Below are positions 1 to 10,800 of a stretch of 47,351 nt of DNA, one piece after another. The notes beneath the pieces are model-generated. The model was given only the letters and a program-made list of their open reading frames with translations. It made no database searches and was not told the origin of the DNA. A program made the translations under genes and the position numbers. Source of the DNA: Flavobacteriales bacterium (GTDB taxonomy: Bacteria > Bacteroidota > Bacteroidia > Flavobacteriales_G > JALEGO01); contig JALEGO010000161.1 of assembly GCA_022763165.1 (NCBI GenBank), positions 1 through 47,351 of the forward strand, given 5' to 3'. How positions within the stretch are numbered: position 1 is the stretch's first letter; each line of letters opens with the position of its first letter.

Positions 1-648
1 GAGATGTATCGAAATAGTTCACCCTATAATTATGTACTCAACAACCCTCTTAAGTATTCGGACCCTACAGGGATGATGGCAAACCCAGTGAACGGCAATG
101 AGAAGTCAAATGAAAAAAGACATTCCAGTGATGGCCTAAACAAAGCTGTTGATGTGCTCCAAGAAAAGCTAAGCAGAAGTGAAAAAGCATCGAGAGTAAT
201 TGAATCAATAGATAAAAATATTTCAGAAATGTCTTTGCGGGAACTTGAACGAGTTTATGAGGCGAAAAGTGATGCTTTAGACGATGTAGTGGTGAAGATG
301 GATGTTCTAGGCAGCTTTGGAAAATTCGGCTCGTTGGAGACCCTAACCAAGTCTGGAGTTGAGGTATCCTCTGATTTTTACAGGTCGGATGGAACGAGAT
401 ACACGGATTTAGAAATCGTATCGATGGTTAAAGATTTGACATTTTCATTGGCTGTTTTGGCCGATCAAATACCTCATGTGAAGTTGGCAAGAATAAGTCT
501 ATCCACGGGACTGTTTGCTCAACATGTCAGGCTTAGTTTTGAACTCAACAAACTTGAGAGAAGAATACTAAAAATTGACCCTGACTTTTTCGACACCAGA
601 AGTTCTTTTGGAGGAGCCGGAGCCGGAACCAATGACTGGAATAAGTAA
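1..648 (+). CDS. RHS/YD-repeat polymorphic toxin, 3' fragment (5' end lies outside the window)
   Basis: The frame is open from base 1, so the listed Met at 4 is internal. It starts with the RHS core-end motif SPYNYVLNNPLKYSDPTGM (nt 19-75). This is almost identical to SPYNYVMNNPLKFIDPTGM in the large RHS protein at 4882-12192. An unrelated ~190-aa C-terminal extension follows (nt 76-645). Confidence 0.8.
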   Translation, partial: EMYRNSSPYNYVLNNPLKYSDPTGMMANPVNGNEKSNEKRHSSDGLNKAVDVLQEKLSRSEKASRVIESIDKNISEMSLRELERVYEAKSDALDDVVVKMDVLGSFGKFGSLETLTKSGVEVSSDFYRSDGTRYTDLEIVSMVKDLTFSLAVLADQIPHVKLARISLSTGLFAQHVRLSFELNKLERRILKIDPDFFDTRSSFGGAGAGTNDWNK

Positions 649-714
649 ACGTTGCAATTTCCACAGGCAGAAATTACTTAAGGATTTATAATTTTGCTTC
701 ACATTCATTGATAA

Positions 715-2268
715 ATGAGCAAGCAAAGAACCCCCAAAAGAAAATATTTAAAATATATTCTTGTTGGATCCATAGTCACTATATGTGGTATTTGGTATGT
801 AATCAAACAATTTAGCAACGAAAAACAACTTGAAAGATGTTGGGAAAATGTTCAACTGAAACTTGCAGCCCATGATGATTTAGATGCTCTTCTTCGAACT
901 GAACTTGGAGAATTTCAACTTTTGGTAGAACAAAGTTTAGTCATCCGTTCTCAAATGTTGGAAATTGTGAGGGAGTTAAAAGAAACAGAGGACGAACCAA
1001 TCTCCCCGAAAAACCTTGAAATCCTGAAAGAGGGTTCCAAATTTGCCATAGAATTAAGGAATGAATTGTATCGTTTTGCAGAGATGTACGAGTGTGCGAT
1101 TTTGGCTGATGAAAGAGACCTGAAAGTATACAAGATCGAGCCCAGAACGAGAATGAAAGCATTTATGATTTCTTTGGGGGCGGCACTAACCCTTTACGAT
1201 AACTACCTGTTTGGCGCAATGATGTTTGAAGAAGATAAGCGATTAAGGCGTTTAATTGATGACCCGGATAAAGGTTTTGGAGTTGAGGCCAATCAATTAT
1301 TAGAAGTAGTATGGGAGGCCAATTCGATAAGAAAGCAACGGAGAATCAAAAAGGGAATTCAGTTTTTTGAAGAAGAATCTGAAAAAATGGGGGATACATC
1401 TCTGGACAACGATTATGAATATCTCTATACGCTGATACAATCAAGTCCATCATACAACTACTTGAAGTCATTAAGAAAGAGGGATATGGTCAAAAACAAG
1501 TTCGTTTTAATGGGCACGATCACAAGAGATTACATAGCAGAAATGAGAAATGATGGTTTTGATGGAATTAGTAAATTTTTTGGGAACTCTGTTGGTTTAA
1601 TTGAAACGAGAAAAGGCAAACTATATGATAACAAAAAAGTTGCGGAAGAATTGAGAAGTCAGTTACAGCCATTAGATATTTTGTTAGAAAAAACACCATT
1701 TAGATTAACTGATAAACTTATTCCGGGGCATTTTGGGCATGTTGCTATATGGGTTGGGAATGAAGCTGAATTGGTCAATCTTGGATTGTGGGATCATGAG
1801 ATTATAAAGCCTTACCACAATCAAATAAATGCTCAAAACGGGCATAATATAGTTGAGGCCTTAAGGTCTGGCGTTCAATTAAGTTCTTTAGAACATTTTT
1901 TGAATGTGGATGATGTAGCGATATTAAGGCCAATTTTCAGTAAGGAAATGATGAAAGATGAGCAAACTGAGGCTTTACTTTTAGCTTTCAGGCAATTGGG
2001 GAAAGAGTATGACTTCAACTTTGATGTGAATACTACAGAAAAAATAGTATGTTCTGAACTTGCTTATGTTTCATATCCAAGCATAAATTGGCCAACGGAG
2101 AAAACAGTGGGACGACATACAATCAGTCCAGACAATGTTGCTAGATTGTGTTGGGAAGGCATACCTTTAGAGCTCGTAACTTTTTATCATGATGGAACGT
2201 TGGTTCCACAAGAAAAACAATTGGACCTATTAGTGAGATTGATGGATGCTGAAGGCCAAACTAAATGA
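715..2268 (+). CDS. membrane-anchored YiiX/YaeF-like (permuted papain-fold, peptidase C92-type) hydrolase
   Basis: ATG start. N-terminal TM helix YILVGSIVTICGIWYVI. The C-terminal part has the His-before-Cys order of the permuted papain fold: GHFGHVAIWVG ... GKEYDFNFDVNTTEKIVCSELAY (compare E. coli YiiX GKPYDFSFSWSDDRQYCSEVVW). Confidence 0.65.
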   Translation: MSKQRTPKRKYLKYILVGSIVTICGIWYVIKQFSNEKQLERCWENVQLKLAAHDDLDALLRTELGEFQLLVEQSLVIRSQMLEIVRELKETEDEPISPKNLEILKEGSKFAIELRNELYRFAEMYECAILADERDLKVYKIEPRTRMKAFMISLGAALTLYDNYLFGAMMFEEDKRLRRLIDDPDKGFGVEANQLLEVVWEANSIRKQRRIKKGIQFFEEESEKMGDTSLDNDYEYLYTLIQSSPSYNYLKSLRKRDMVKNKFVLMGTITRDYIAEMRNDGFDGISKFFGNSVGLIETRKGKLYDNKKVAEELRSQLQPLDILLEKTPFRLTDKLIPGHFGHVAIWVGNEAELVNLGLWDHEIIKPYHNQINAQNGHNIVEALRSGVQLSSLEHFLNVDDVAILRPIFSKEMMKDEQTEALLLAFRQLGKEYDFNFDVNTTEKIVCSELAYVSYPSINWPTEKTVGRHTISPDNVARLCWEGIPLELVTFYHDGTLVPQEKQLDLLVRLMDAEGQTK

Positions 2269-3458
2269 TTAACTCAGATATTCCCATGGAAGAAGTAGTA
2301 GAAAAACGAACCATGTTTGCATCGAAACTACCTCGGGTTGGTGCTTCAATTTTCAGTAAAATGTCATCCTTGGCAAATCGCCTGGGAGCAATAAATCTTT
2401 CACAGGGCTTTCCTGATTTTCCTTCGGATCAAAAGCTGATTGACTTAGTCAATAAGTATATGCTAGAGGGTAAGAATCAGTATGCTCCAATGACCGGTTT
2501 ACCTAGTCTTTTGGAAAAAATCGCCTTGAAGATGAACAAATCATATCAAAGTGATCTTTACGGGCAAAAGAACATCACAATTACTTCAGGAGCCACTCAG
2601 GCGATTTATACGTGTATCGCAGCCACCATTAATCCTGGTGATGAGGTAATTATTTTTACTCCAGCATATGATTGCTATGCTCCTGCAATTGAGCTTCATG
2701 GAGGAAAAGTCATTGAGGTACCTCTTTATCCACCAGATTATAAAATTGATTGGGATCATGTGAAAGGATGCCTTAACCCAAAGACCAAAATGATCATTAT
2801 TAATACCCCTCACAATCCTTCAGGAACGGTTTTGGAAGAAGTTGATTTTGAGCGATTAACAGAACTTGTGAGAGATACGAATATCCTAGTTTTGAGCGAT
2901 GAGGTTTATGAGCACATTGTATTTGATGAACACTCACATAAGAGTATTGTAGGATACCCTGAGTTATTCGAAAGAAGTTTTGCCACGTTTTCTTTTGGGA
3001 AAACTTTTCACAACACTGGATGGAAAATGGGATATTGTGTGGCTCCAGAGTGGTTGACAAATGAGTTTCGAAAAATCCATCAGTACCTAGTTTTTTCTTG
3101 TAATGCTCCCATTCAATATGCTTTGTCAGACTACATTTCTGATCAGAGTACATACGGTCAAGTGTCTGAAATGTATGAACAAAAAAGAGACCTGTTTTTG
3201 AACGCTTTGGAAGGCTCAAAATTTGAATATATTCCTTCTAAAGGAACATATTTTCAGCTATTAGATTATTCTAATATATCTGACGAGGCTGACACAGAAT
3301 TTGCCGTGAAGCTAACAGAGGAAAAAGGGATTGCATCCATACCAACATCTGTGTTTTATGCTGGGGAAGTAAGTCCAAAGGTGTTGAGGTTTTGTTTTGC
3401 AAAAAAGGAAGAAACATTATTGCAAGCAGCTGACATATTAAGAACGATTGGAAGATGA
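2265..3458 (+). CDS. PLP-dependent class I/II aminotransferase (methionine/kynurenine aminotransferase, YbdL-like)
   Basis: Motifs FASKLPRVGASIFSKMSSLA, INLSQGFPDF, NTPHNPSG, SFGKTF (PLP-lysine context) and LRFCFAK. ATGA overlap with the upstream gene. The start could also be an internal Met (M8 or M17). Confidence 0.85.
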   Translation: MINSDIPMEEVVEKRTMFASKLPRVGASIFSKMSSLANRLGAINLSQGFPDFPSDQKLIDLVNKYMLEGKNQYAPMTGLPSLLEKIALKMNKSYQSDLYGQKNITITSGATQAIYTCIAATINPGDEVIIFTPAYDCYAPAIELHGGKVIEVPLYPPDYKIDWDHVKGCLNPKTKMIIINTPHNPSGTVLEEVDFERLTELVRDTNILVLSDEVYEHIVFDEHSHKSIVGYPELFERSFATFSFGKTFHNTGWKMGYCVAPEWLTNEFRKIHQYLVFSCNAPIQYALSDYISDQSTYGQVSEMYEQKRDLFLNALEGSKFEYIPSKGTYFQLLDYSNISDEADTEFAVKLTEEKGIASIPTSVFYAGEVSPKVLRFCFAKKEETLLQAADILRTIGR

Positions 3459-4369
3459 TTCTTTTTACAACAAAATCCTATGATTATTTAGGAAAGGCAA
3501 TTACGAATTTCAATGATATTCGAGAGGGTAAAATTAGCACAAAGACTTTTGGTGATGGCGAAAAATACCACAAGCTTGAAACAAATGTTGAGGGACAAGA
3601 AACAGTACTTATTGGAGGAACTATAGATGACTCCGAAACTTTAGAATTGTATGATCTGGCTAGCACCTTAATCCACTACGGAGCTTCAGCTTTGACAATA
3701 GTGATTCCTTACTTTGGATACAGCACTATGGAGCGTTCCTCTAAGATAGGGGAAGCTGTTAAAGCCAAGTATAGGGCAAGAATGTTCTCGTCATTACCAA
3801 ACTCTCCAAAAGGAACTAGAATCTTTTTGTTTGACTTACATTCTGAGGGAATTCCATATTACTTTGAGGGTGATTTAAGGCCTTTCCATATCTATTTAAA
3901 AGACATCATACTATCAGAGTGTCTTCAACGATACCCAAACAAAAACTTTGTACTCGGAAGTGTAGATGCAGGTCGTGCAAAGTGGGTTGAGTCCTTAGCT
4001 GAAGAGCTTCAGGTTACTCCAGCATACATATTGAAAAGAAGAACGGAAAAAGGAACGAGCATCACTTCTTTAAACGCGGATGTCAATGGAAAGAATGTCA
4101 TTATTTATGATGATATGATTCGCTCAGGATCAAGTACGGTAAATGCGGCCAAAAGATATAAGGAAGAAGGAGCATCTGAAATTCATGTAATCGCCTCCCA
4201 TGGCTTGTTCACGAAAGGCTGTATCGAACTTATTGATGAGACAGAGAGTATAACCTCAGTCGTTTGCACGGACACGCATCCTGCTTCGCTTCAGGCAACA
4301 AGTAATAAACTAAAAGTCGTTTCAGTTGCTGCCTTAGTGAACGAAAAAATTTCAAAACACATATATTAG
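3455..4369 (+). CDS. divergent ribose-phosphate pyrophosphokinase (PRPP synthetase)-like protein
   Basis: Prs-like layout: FGDGE, VIPYFGYSTMERS (in place of the canonical PY.GYARQDR) and a PRPP-binding loop VIIYDDMIRSGSST. ATGA overlap with the aminotransferase stop. Confidence 0.65.
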   Translation: MILFTTKSYDYLGKAITNFNDIREGKISTKTFGDGEKYHKLETNVEGQETVLIGGTIDDSETLELYDLASTLIHYGASALTIVIPYFGYSTMERSSKIGEAVKAKYRARMFSSLPNSPKGTRIFLFDLHSEGIPYYFEGDLRPFHIYLKDIILSECLQRYPNKNFVLGSVDAGRAKWVESLAEELQVTPAYILKRRTEKGTSITSLNADVNGKNVIIYDDMIRSGSSTVNAAKRYKEEGASEIHVIASHGLFTKGCIELIDETESITSVVCTDTHPASLQATSNKLKVVSVAALVNEKISKHIY

Positions 4370-4387
4370 CAAAAATTATTTTTGACA

Positions 4388-4819
4388 ATGATAATTAAGG
4401 CCATAAAAAATGCCTTCAACATGGCTATTGACCGGGGTTGGAATAAGATTTTTTGGGCAGTTGATATTCATCAGACTGTAATTATACCAAATTACTCAGC
4501 TGCCCAAATACCAACTGAATTTTATCCCAAAGCAAAAGAAGTGCTTCAGGAAATTTCCAAAAGGCCAGACATTACTATGATCATGTATACATGTTCGCAT
4601 CCTCATGAAATCAAACAGTATATTGACTACTTTAACCAAAACGAAATCCTTTTTTCTCATGTGAATGAGAATCCAGAAGTGAAAAATGCGGCTTATGGCT
4701 GCTACGATAAAAAGCCATATTTCAATGTATTATTAGAAGATAAAGCGGGGTTTGATCCTCTTACAGATTGGTTGGCAATTCAAAAGCTAATGAGGAGCAT
4801 TCCGCACTTATCGGACTGA
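4388..4819 (+). CDS. hypothetical protein (possibly a HAD-like fold)
   Basis: The ORF-track start at 4382 is TTG; an ATG lies two codons later at 4388. FWAVDIHQTVI and KPYFNVLLEDKAG weakly resemble HAD motifs I and IV, but the second Asp of DxD is His. Function not supported. Confidence 0.5.
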   Translation: MIIKAIKNAFNMAIDRGWNKIFWAVDIHQTVIIPNYSAAQIPTEFYPKAKEVLQEISKRPDITMIMYTCSHPHEIKQYIDYFNQNEILFSHVNENPEVKNAAYGCYDKKPYFNVLLEDKAGFDPLTDWLAIQKLMRSIPHLSD

Positions 4820-4827
4820 TTTAAATA

Positions 4828-4874
4828 TCCACAACGTTCGTGAAGAATCAATGTTCCCCGTGGAACGTTGTGGA
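4828..4874. terminator. 12-bp perfect inverted repeat between convergent genes (candidate bidirectional terminator)
   Basis: TCCACAACGTTC (4828-4839) pairs with GAACGTTGTGGA (4863-4874). The loop is 23 nt. The element sits exactly between the stops at 4819 (+) and 4882 (-). Confidence 0.45.
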
Positions 4875-4881
4875 ACAAAGG

Positions 4882-7800
4882 TCAATCTTCCAATAACTTA
4901 CCAGTAAGATTGTAATACTTGATTCTTAAGGCTCGTTGCGCCTTTTCAGCGGCTTCTTTTCTTTTAGCGGCTTTGATACCATGAGGGTCATTGATGTCAC
5001 GTCCCATATCAGCCATTCTTGATCTCACATGCGCTCGATTATCACGAAAACTAATCGAGTACCCATCTGATGCATCCCCTTGAATATGACCTAGACCTAA
5101 TTGAACGTTTTCAATTGAAGCAGAAGCGTTTATTGAAAAGAACCTGCCATCTCCTGAGGACAGCGGCACTGGCAAACTGGATGAATACAACTCATAACTG
5201 GCTACCATAGTGCCCTCACTTTGTGTGATAAAAACAGGTCCTGCATGTACCGTGCCTTCTCTGGTCGTAGTTACTTCTCCATCTTTTACAGTTCGGGTAA
5301 GTGTTATTGATCCTCCGGTTGCTACATGGGTTCCACCAAACACTATTTCCGTTTCGCTGGTATTCATCAATCTTATGTTCAAGTAGTTTTCAGTAATTCC
5401 AATGAGCAACTCAATTCCAACAACTTTAAAAGAGGCTCCCAACTCAACTTTTTCGCCAATTCCAAAAGTTCGTACCCCACTCTTTGTATGAGGTCCAGCA
5501 GAGACGTCAAATGCCAGTCTTAGATGAGGCCCGCTAGGAGTTCTACTTTTATTTAAGGCTATAAATGGTTCTGGATCATTGGTTTCTGGAGCCATTCCCG
5601 TTGGGTCAATGAACTTCAGGGGATTGTTCATAACATAATTATAAGGAGACCAATTCAAAAACTCTTCTGCCAAAGGATCAACAGAGCTCCATCTCCCTAT
5701 CGATGGATCGTAAAATCTAGCACCATAATCCAACCAGTTCAACCCAAAAACATCAATATGCTCTTTCATATTATATTGATACTTGTTTTCACTAGTGCCA
5801 ATTTGATTCCAAGAGCCGTTCATGACCATGCCAAAGGGATAGTAATGAATCTCTTCAATTACCTCATTATCAGATTTTTTTATTTCACCATCATTGTTGA
5901 AATCTGCGAAGCGCACTCTAGGGTTTCCTAAATGATCTTTAATATCGTATTCATGAATAAATGAGTTTCCATTAGGAACAGCTCTGCCATCATCATGATA
6001 AATAGCTTCTAATTGACCGTCCAAATACTGTACACTACCGAAGTAAGATTTAACGGACCAGGTGGTGCTATTTTGAGGCTTGGACCATTGTTGCAGCTTT
6101 GTCCCTAAAGCATCATATCGAAACCTGATTTCATTTTGATTGTCATATGATATTAAAGAAGGAAGATTCAAAAAATTATATGACAGAGACATGTTTTTGT
6201 GATCATCTCTTTTCATATTCCCATTAGAATCATATTGATAGTTACCATGAGTTTTGTTAGATTGAAAACCGACTTGTTGGTCGCTTGTTTCTTCAAGCGT
6301 TTCTAACTGAAAATGATCATTGTAATCGTATTTAAGATCATCAATCAACACAGCATTTTCCTTCCTAGTTAGCTGGCTGATATTTCCGCTATTATCATAA
6401 CCAACGGAAACGTCATAATGATTGTTAATTTGCAAATCATCCACCAAACCTTCGCCATATACTGCATTTGTTAGTTGATTGGTATTATTGTATTCAAAAC
6501 CATAGAACTTTACAGTATTTCCGCAACTTGATTGCCATTGGATGCCACTTACATTTCCGTTAAATTGACCACTTACAGCTGTTTCTGCAATAGGATTATT
6601 GTAAAAGAGTTTTTGTGAAAAAAGATCCTTAGGTCCTGGTTGAAAAGTGTTACCTGACTTATTCTTAGTTCCGATAACCGGTTCCGTACCATTCATTGAG
6701 CATCCATTGATACTGTTAATCGCAGTGATCCAATTTCGAATATTATAGGCATAATCAATCTTTTGCAAAAACTTAGACTCTTGAGCATCTGAAGCTCCCA
6801 AAGACTTGCTGATCACCTGATCTTTTTCATTATAATTGAGCTGATTCAACAACACCTTGACCCCATCAATACTTTGATACGTTTTCAATTTTCTACCAAC
6901 ACGGTCATAGACATACTCTTGTTCTATGATTTTGGAGACTAAACCATTTAAGTCAGATCTATGCTTTACTTGAGCTTTTAGCAAATGGCCACTGAAACTG
7001 TAGGCATTGAATGAAACCTCTTCCACCCCAGTAAAATTGGTGTATTTGCTCTGAATTATACGATCTTTATCATCATAGTACATTTTTTTAAAGGTGTACC
7101 CTTCAACATTGCTGGTTCCTTCTTCGAAATAAGCTACTTTACTTGCTGTTAAAAGCCCTTTGCTAGACCTTGTGGGAGTGGCATATGATCCAAGAGGATC
7201 AGGAGAAATGAGTTCAGAAGAAGAAAGCGTACCATTTCTATCCAAATCGTGGTCATCATAAAAATTGATGAGTAACGGTTCAATATTTCCTGAGGGAAAT
7301 GAATTGCTTAAATCATATCCATAAGTGCCTGTACTTCTTGCTGTAAAGAGGCCATCATTGATGCTAGGTAAGGTTGATCCAGAGAAAAGACCTGTAACAG
7401 TTGGTCTATCCAATGCGTCATATTTAGTAAAGGTTTGAACTCCGTTGGGGTCTATCACAAGAACCAACCTTTCTAAACGATCATAATATTGTTGGTATTC
7501 TTCGGTTCCAGGTAAGTCCTTTCTAGCAAGCAGCCCCTGTGCATTGTAAGTGTACTTAAACAGTCCCTTTTTGTAGTTTGAGGCTAAATAATTGTATTGC
7601 CCGTCAACGTTCAATTTATCCATTAGCGTTGCGGGAATAACAACATCAACTCTTCCAAAATCATCATAGAGGGTATATGTTTCTGCATTACCATTTTTCT
7701 TCATGACCAATTGTCCAATGATATTGTGGTATTCAGTTGTGGTATTTCCATTTTCATCATTTACCTCAACAACATGCAAAGTGTTTTCCGGATAAAAACC

Positions 7801-10800
7801 GTTAGACGTGCCCTGCTTAAATATTCGTACCTCATTGGGATAATTTGACCGATAGCTTTGGTCAATGGTATGGTTGGAGCTTATGGACCAGACGCTTCCC
7901 GGAGCAGCTTGATTAAGAGACCTTCCTAAAGGAGAACTCTCTTCTTCACTTTCTGAATAGGCGAAGGCATCAGATACAGAGCCAAAGAAAAGGTTCTGTA
8001 ATAATTTTGCATTGGTAACAAATTGCCCTTGGTTATTTTGCTTGGTAAAGGGCAAGAATGATTTAGGCTGCCTGCCAAGGCTATCATACTCAATGATGGT
8101 AACAACATCTCGTTCATTGATTGAACCGCGCTCAACTATATTCTGAATGGGCCTTACAAAACCATCTTGATAGGAGATTGACTTGACATAGTCATTTGCA
8201 CCAAGGTTATCCAATTGATTCTGTGTTTTAATACCTTCAACAAGAATTTTTTTGGTACTAATAAAGTTTAAAGCTGTTGATTGATCAAAAACATAATCGT
8301 AGACACTTAAAATGTCTTGGTTTTCGTCTCGCTCATATTTCAATCTTTGAAAGAGATCATATTGATAATAAGTAGCGATGTCAGCATCATTACTAATCGA
8401 TAACAACAAATCAGATTCATCATCATAAACAAATGTTTGCATGCGGCTATCAACAGGACCTAGACGGGCATCATCTATTAGACAAGGACCGACTCCAGAC
8501 TTTCTTATAGCGATACTATTTAATGAAGCACTTGCATTGATAGTCGTTTTAAAGTTGACCAAGTTAGTGCTGGCATTTACATGTTCTATGATCTGATTAT
8601 TTAGTAAGATTTCTAAACCTTGACCATTATGCCAAAATGAAACTTCATATGTTCCAGGAGGAAGACTTGTTTTTTCTATCTTGTTGATTTCAAGGGCTTT
8701 TCTTCCGGAGTGCAATGAAGAATTCGTTCTGGTACCTGAAATCTGCCAACCGCCTTCATCTCCTGTTTGCTCGAAACTGGTATATGCCACTTCACTTTGT
8801 AAGGCGTTTTGTACATCTGCGATAGGATATCTACTGTTATTATCCCAAATCATTGTATTGACATTCCCAAAAGTTCTTTTGTACTCGAGCAAATTTGATT
8901 GGACATTATAATCAAGGAATTCCATTTCAGGAACATCTTCATTATAATTCTTATAGTTTGCACTTTTTACAAGGTTAATGCTCCCGTTTTGATCCTCTAT
9001 ATGAGACCCTATAAAATTTGGGAGAGGGCTGGTTAACTCTAATGTCCAAACCGCTTTGCGCAACGGGACACCATGTTGCACTGCATACTGACTGTAAGAT
9101 CCAGAAACCACTTTCGGACTTTGATTGGGTTTTTCGATTAAGGATAGTGTTTCAATTGGAACATTAACATTATAATTCTTCAATTGATATAAGGCTTCCA
9201 CATCTTGGTCAGGACTTCCTTGAAAATCTTGGTATTCAAAGGCATATTTAACTTTATGGGCGTGTTTTGTGCCGTCACTATTATGAACCGTGGTTTGAAT
9301 GGGGTTAGTATGAGCGCCATTCGTTTCATCATATAGGTATTCGGTTATTTTTTCAATGTTGTCAATGGTTTCTTTTTGGGATTTTAAATATACCCACTGG
9401 GAGATGTGTTCATATGATCTATAGGCAACTTCTCTCGTCCACGCAGGGTTCAACACAACATCTCCAGGGTTTTTACCAAAACAAATGTCATGACCAAAGA
9501 CTTCGCAGTCATTGGGATCCACACTTAATGCAAATTCTAATCCATTTTGATCATGCACAGATGAAAACCATATCCCTGACCCTTGGATGAATGGATCGTT
9601 CGGAGAAATGGGCTCTAGAGTCAAGCCACAAGCTCCAAATTGAATATCAACTTCAGTACAAGTATGTAGAACTGCTGCTTGTTGACAAAGACCACCTTGA
9701 ATTCTTTTATCGACCTTCAACCCTATGACTTTTGAGTTATTCAAAGTTTTATCCTCCCTAAAGTCCCAATCGTTCTCTAATGTTCGAACCACAGTGAAGG
9801 AGCCATCTTCATTTTTCCGATAATCAATTTCCTTCAATAGATGACCTCTTTTCCAATCATAGCTCGTTTGTGAAGCATAAGGGAAACCAGTACCACCCTT
9901 GTCCTCATAAAAAGAGAATATCTTTTTCGTTTTACCGCCTTGTGCTTTATGGCCATAGGTTATGGAAACCTCTGGATAAACAACATGACTTCCTCGACTA
10001 CTACCTAGAGGAGCTTTACTAAAGGAACTCAAACCATTGAAAAAGCATTCGTTTGTTGAACATGTTGCATTAAAGAAGATGCCACTAGCTTGTGGTGTAC
10101 CACTGTTGTCACTTCTATAAACAAACAGCCTGTGATCATATCTTGGCATGGTGATGAGCTTCCCGCTAGAACGGTTTGGATTGGAATGATTACTCTGCTT
10201 ATATTCATAAGTGATAAACCTGTCATAGTCATGAGAGCGTCCATCGTAATAATTGATGCTTTTGATCCTTGCTCCTCCAACATGTATTTCGTCTATAGCA
10301 CTTAAAGGGGTTTGGTTTGCAAGGATTGTATTTTGATCCCAACTAAAAGTAACCACTGCATTATCGCCTCTTACCGTTGCTTTGACTTCAATATCATATG
10401 TTCCTGCAGGAAAGTAACGAAGGAATGTTTGAGTTTGTCCATCATTGCTTCCACCACAAGGAAGTGTGGTGTGACATAAGCTTTGACCGGTTTCATGATT
10501 TGTTATTAGAATTTCTCCGTTCCAGTCTCCTGCAACCCAAGTATTTTCTGTCATAACGGTATAATCAACATAAAGAGGATAGGGTATTACGACTTGACCT
10601 GTTCCATGGGATTGAGTGGCATCTCCATCATTGAAAATTCTACCCCTTACAGACACATGCTTGGATTCGTATTGCGCATTGGATTGAGTGATGTTGGCAA
10701 GGCTAAAGGTTCCAACAGAGTTGCACTCATAGTCAAACTCCGTTTCACCGCCAGTTGGATTTTTGATTTTGTAGAGCATCCCTGCAGAAGTGTGTTTGGG

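Noticed and set aside
715-2268. The 517-aa protein as the cognate immunity protein of the upstream RHS tail
   Set aside because: It is much larger than typical immunity proteins, is membrane-anchored and has a recognisable hydrolase domain. It is also translationally coupled to metabolic genes. It is kept only as a low-probability alternative in the findings.
941-3666. Antisense ORFs within the YiiX-like, aminotransferase and Prs-like genes: 941-1162, 951-1133, 2586-2813, 2800-3219, 3484-3666
   Set aside because: They overlap well-supported coding regions on the opposite strand. No start context or recognisable domains.
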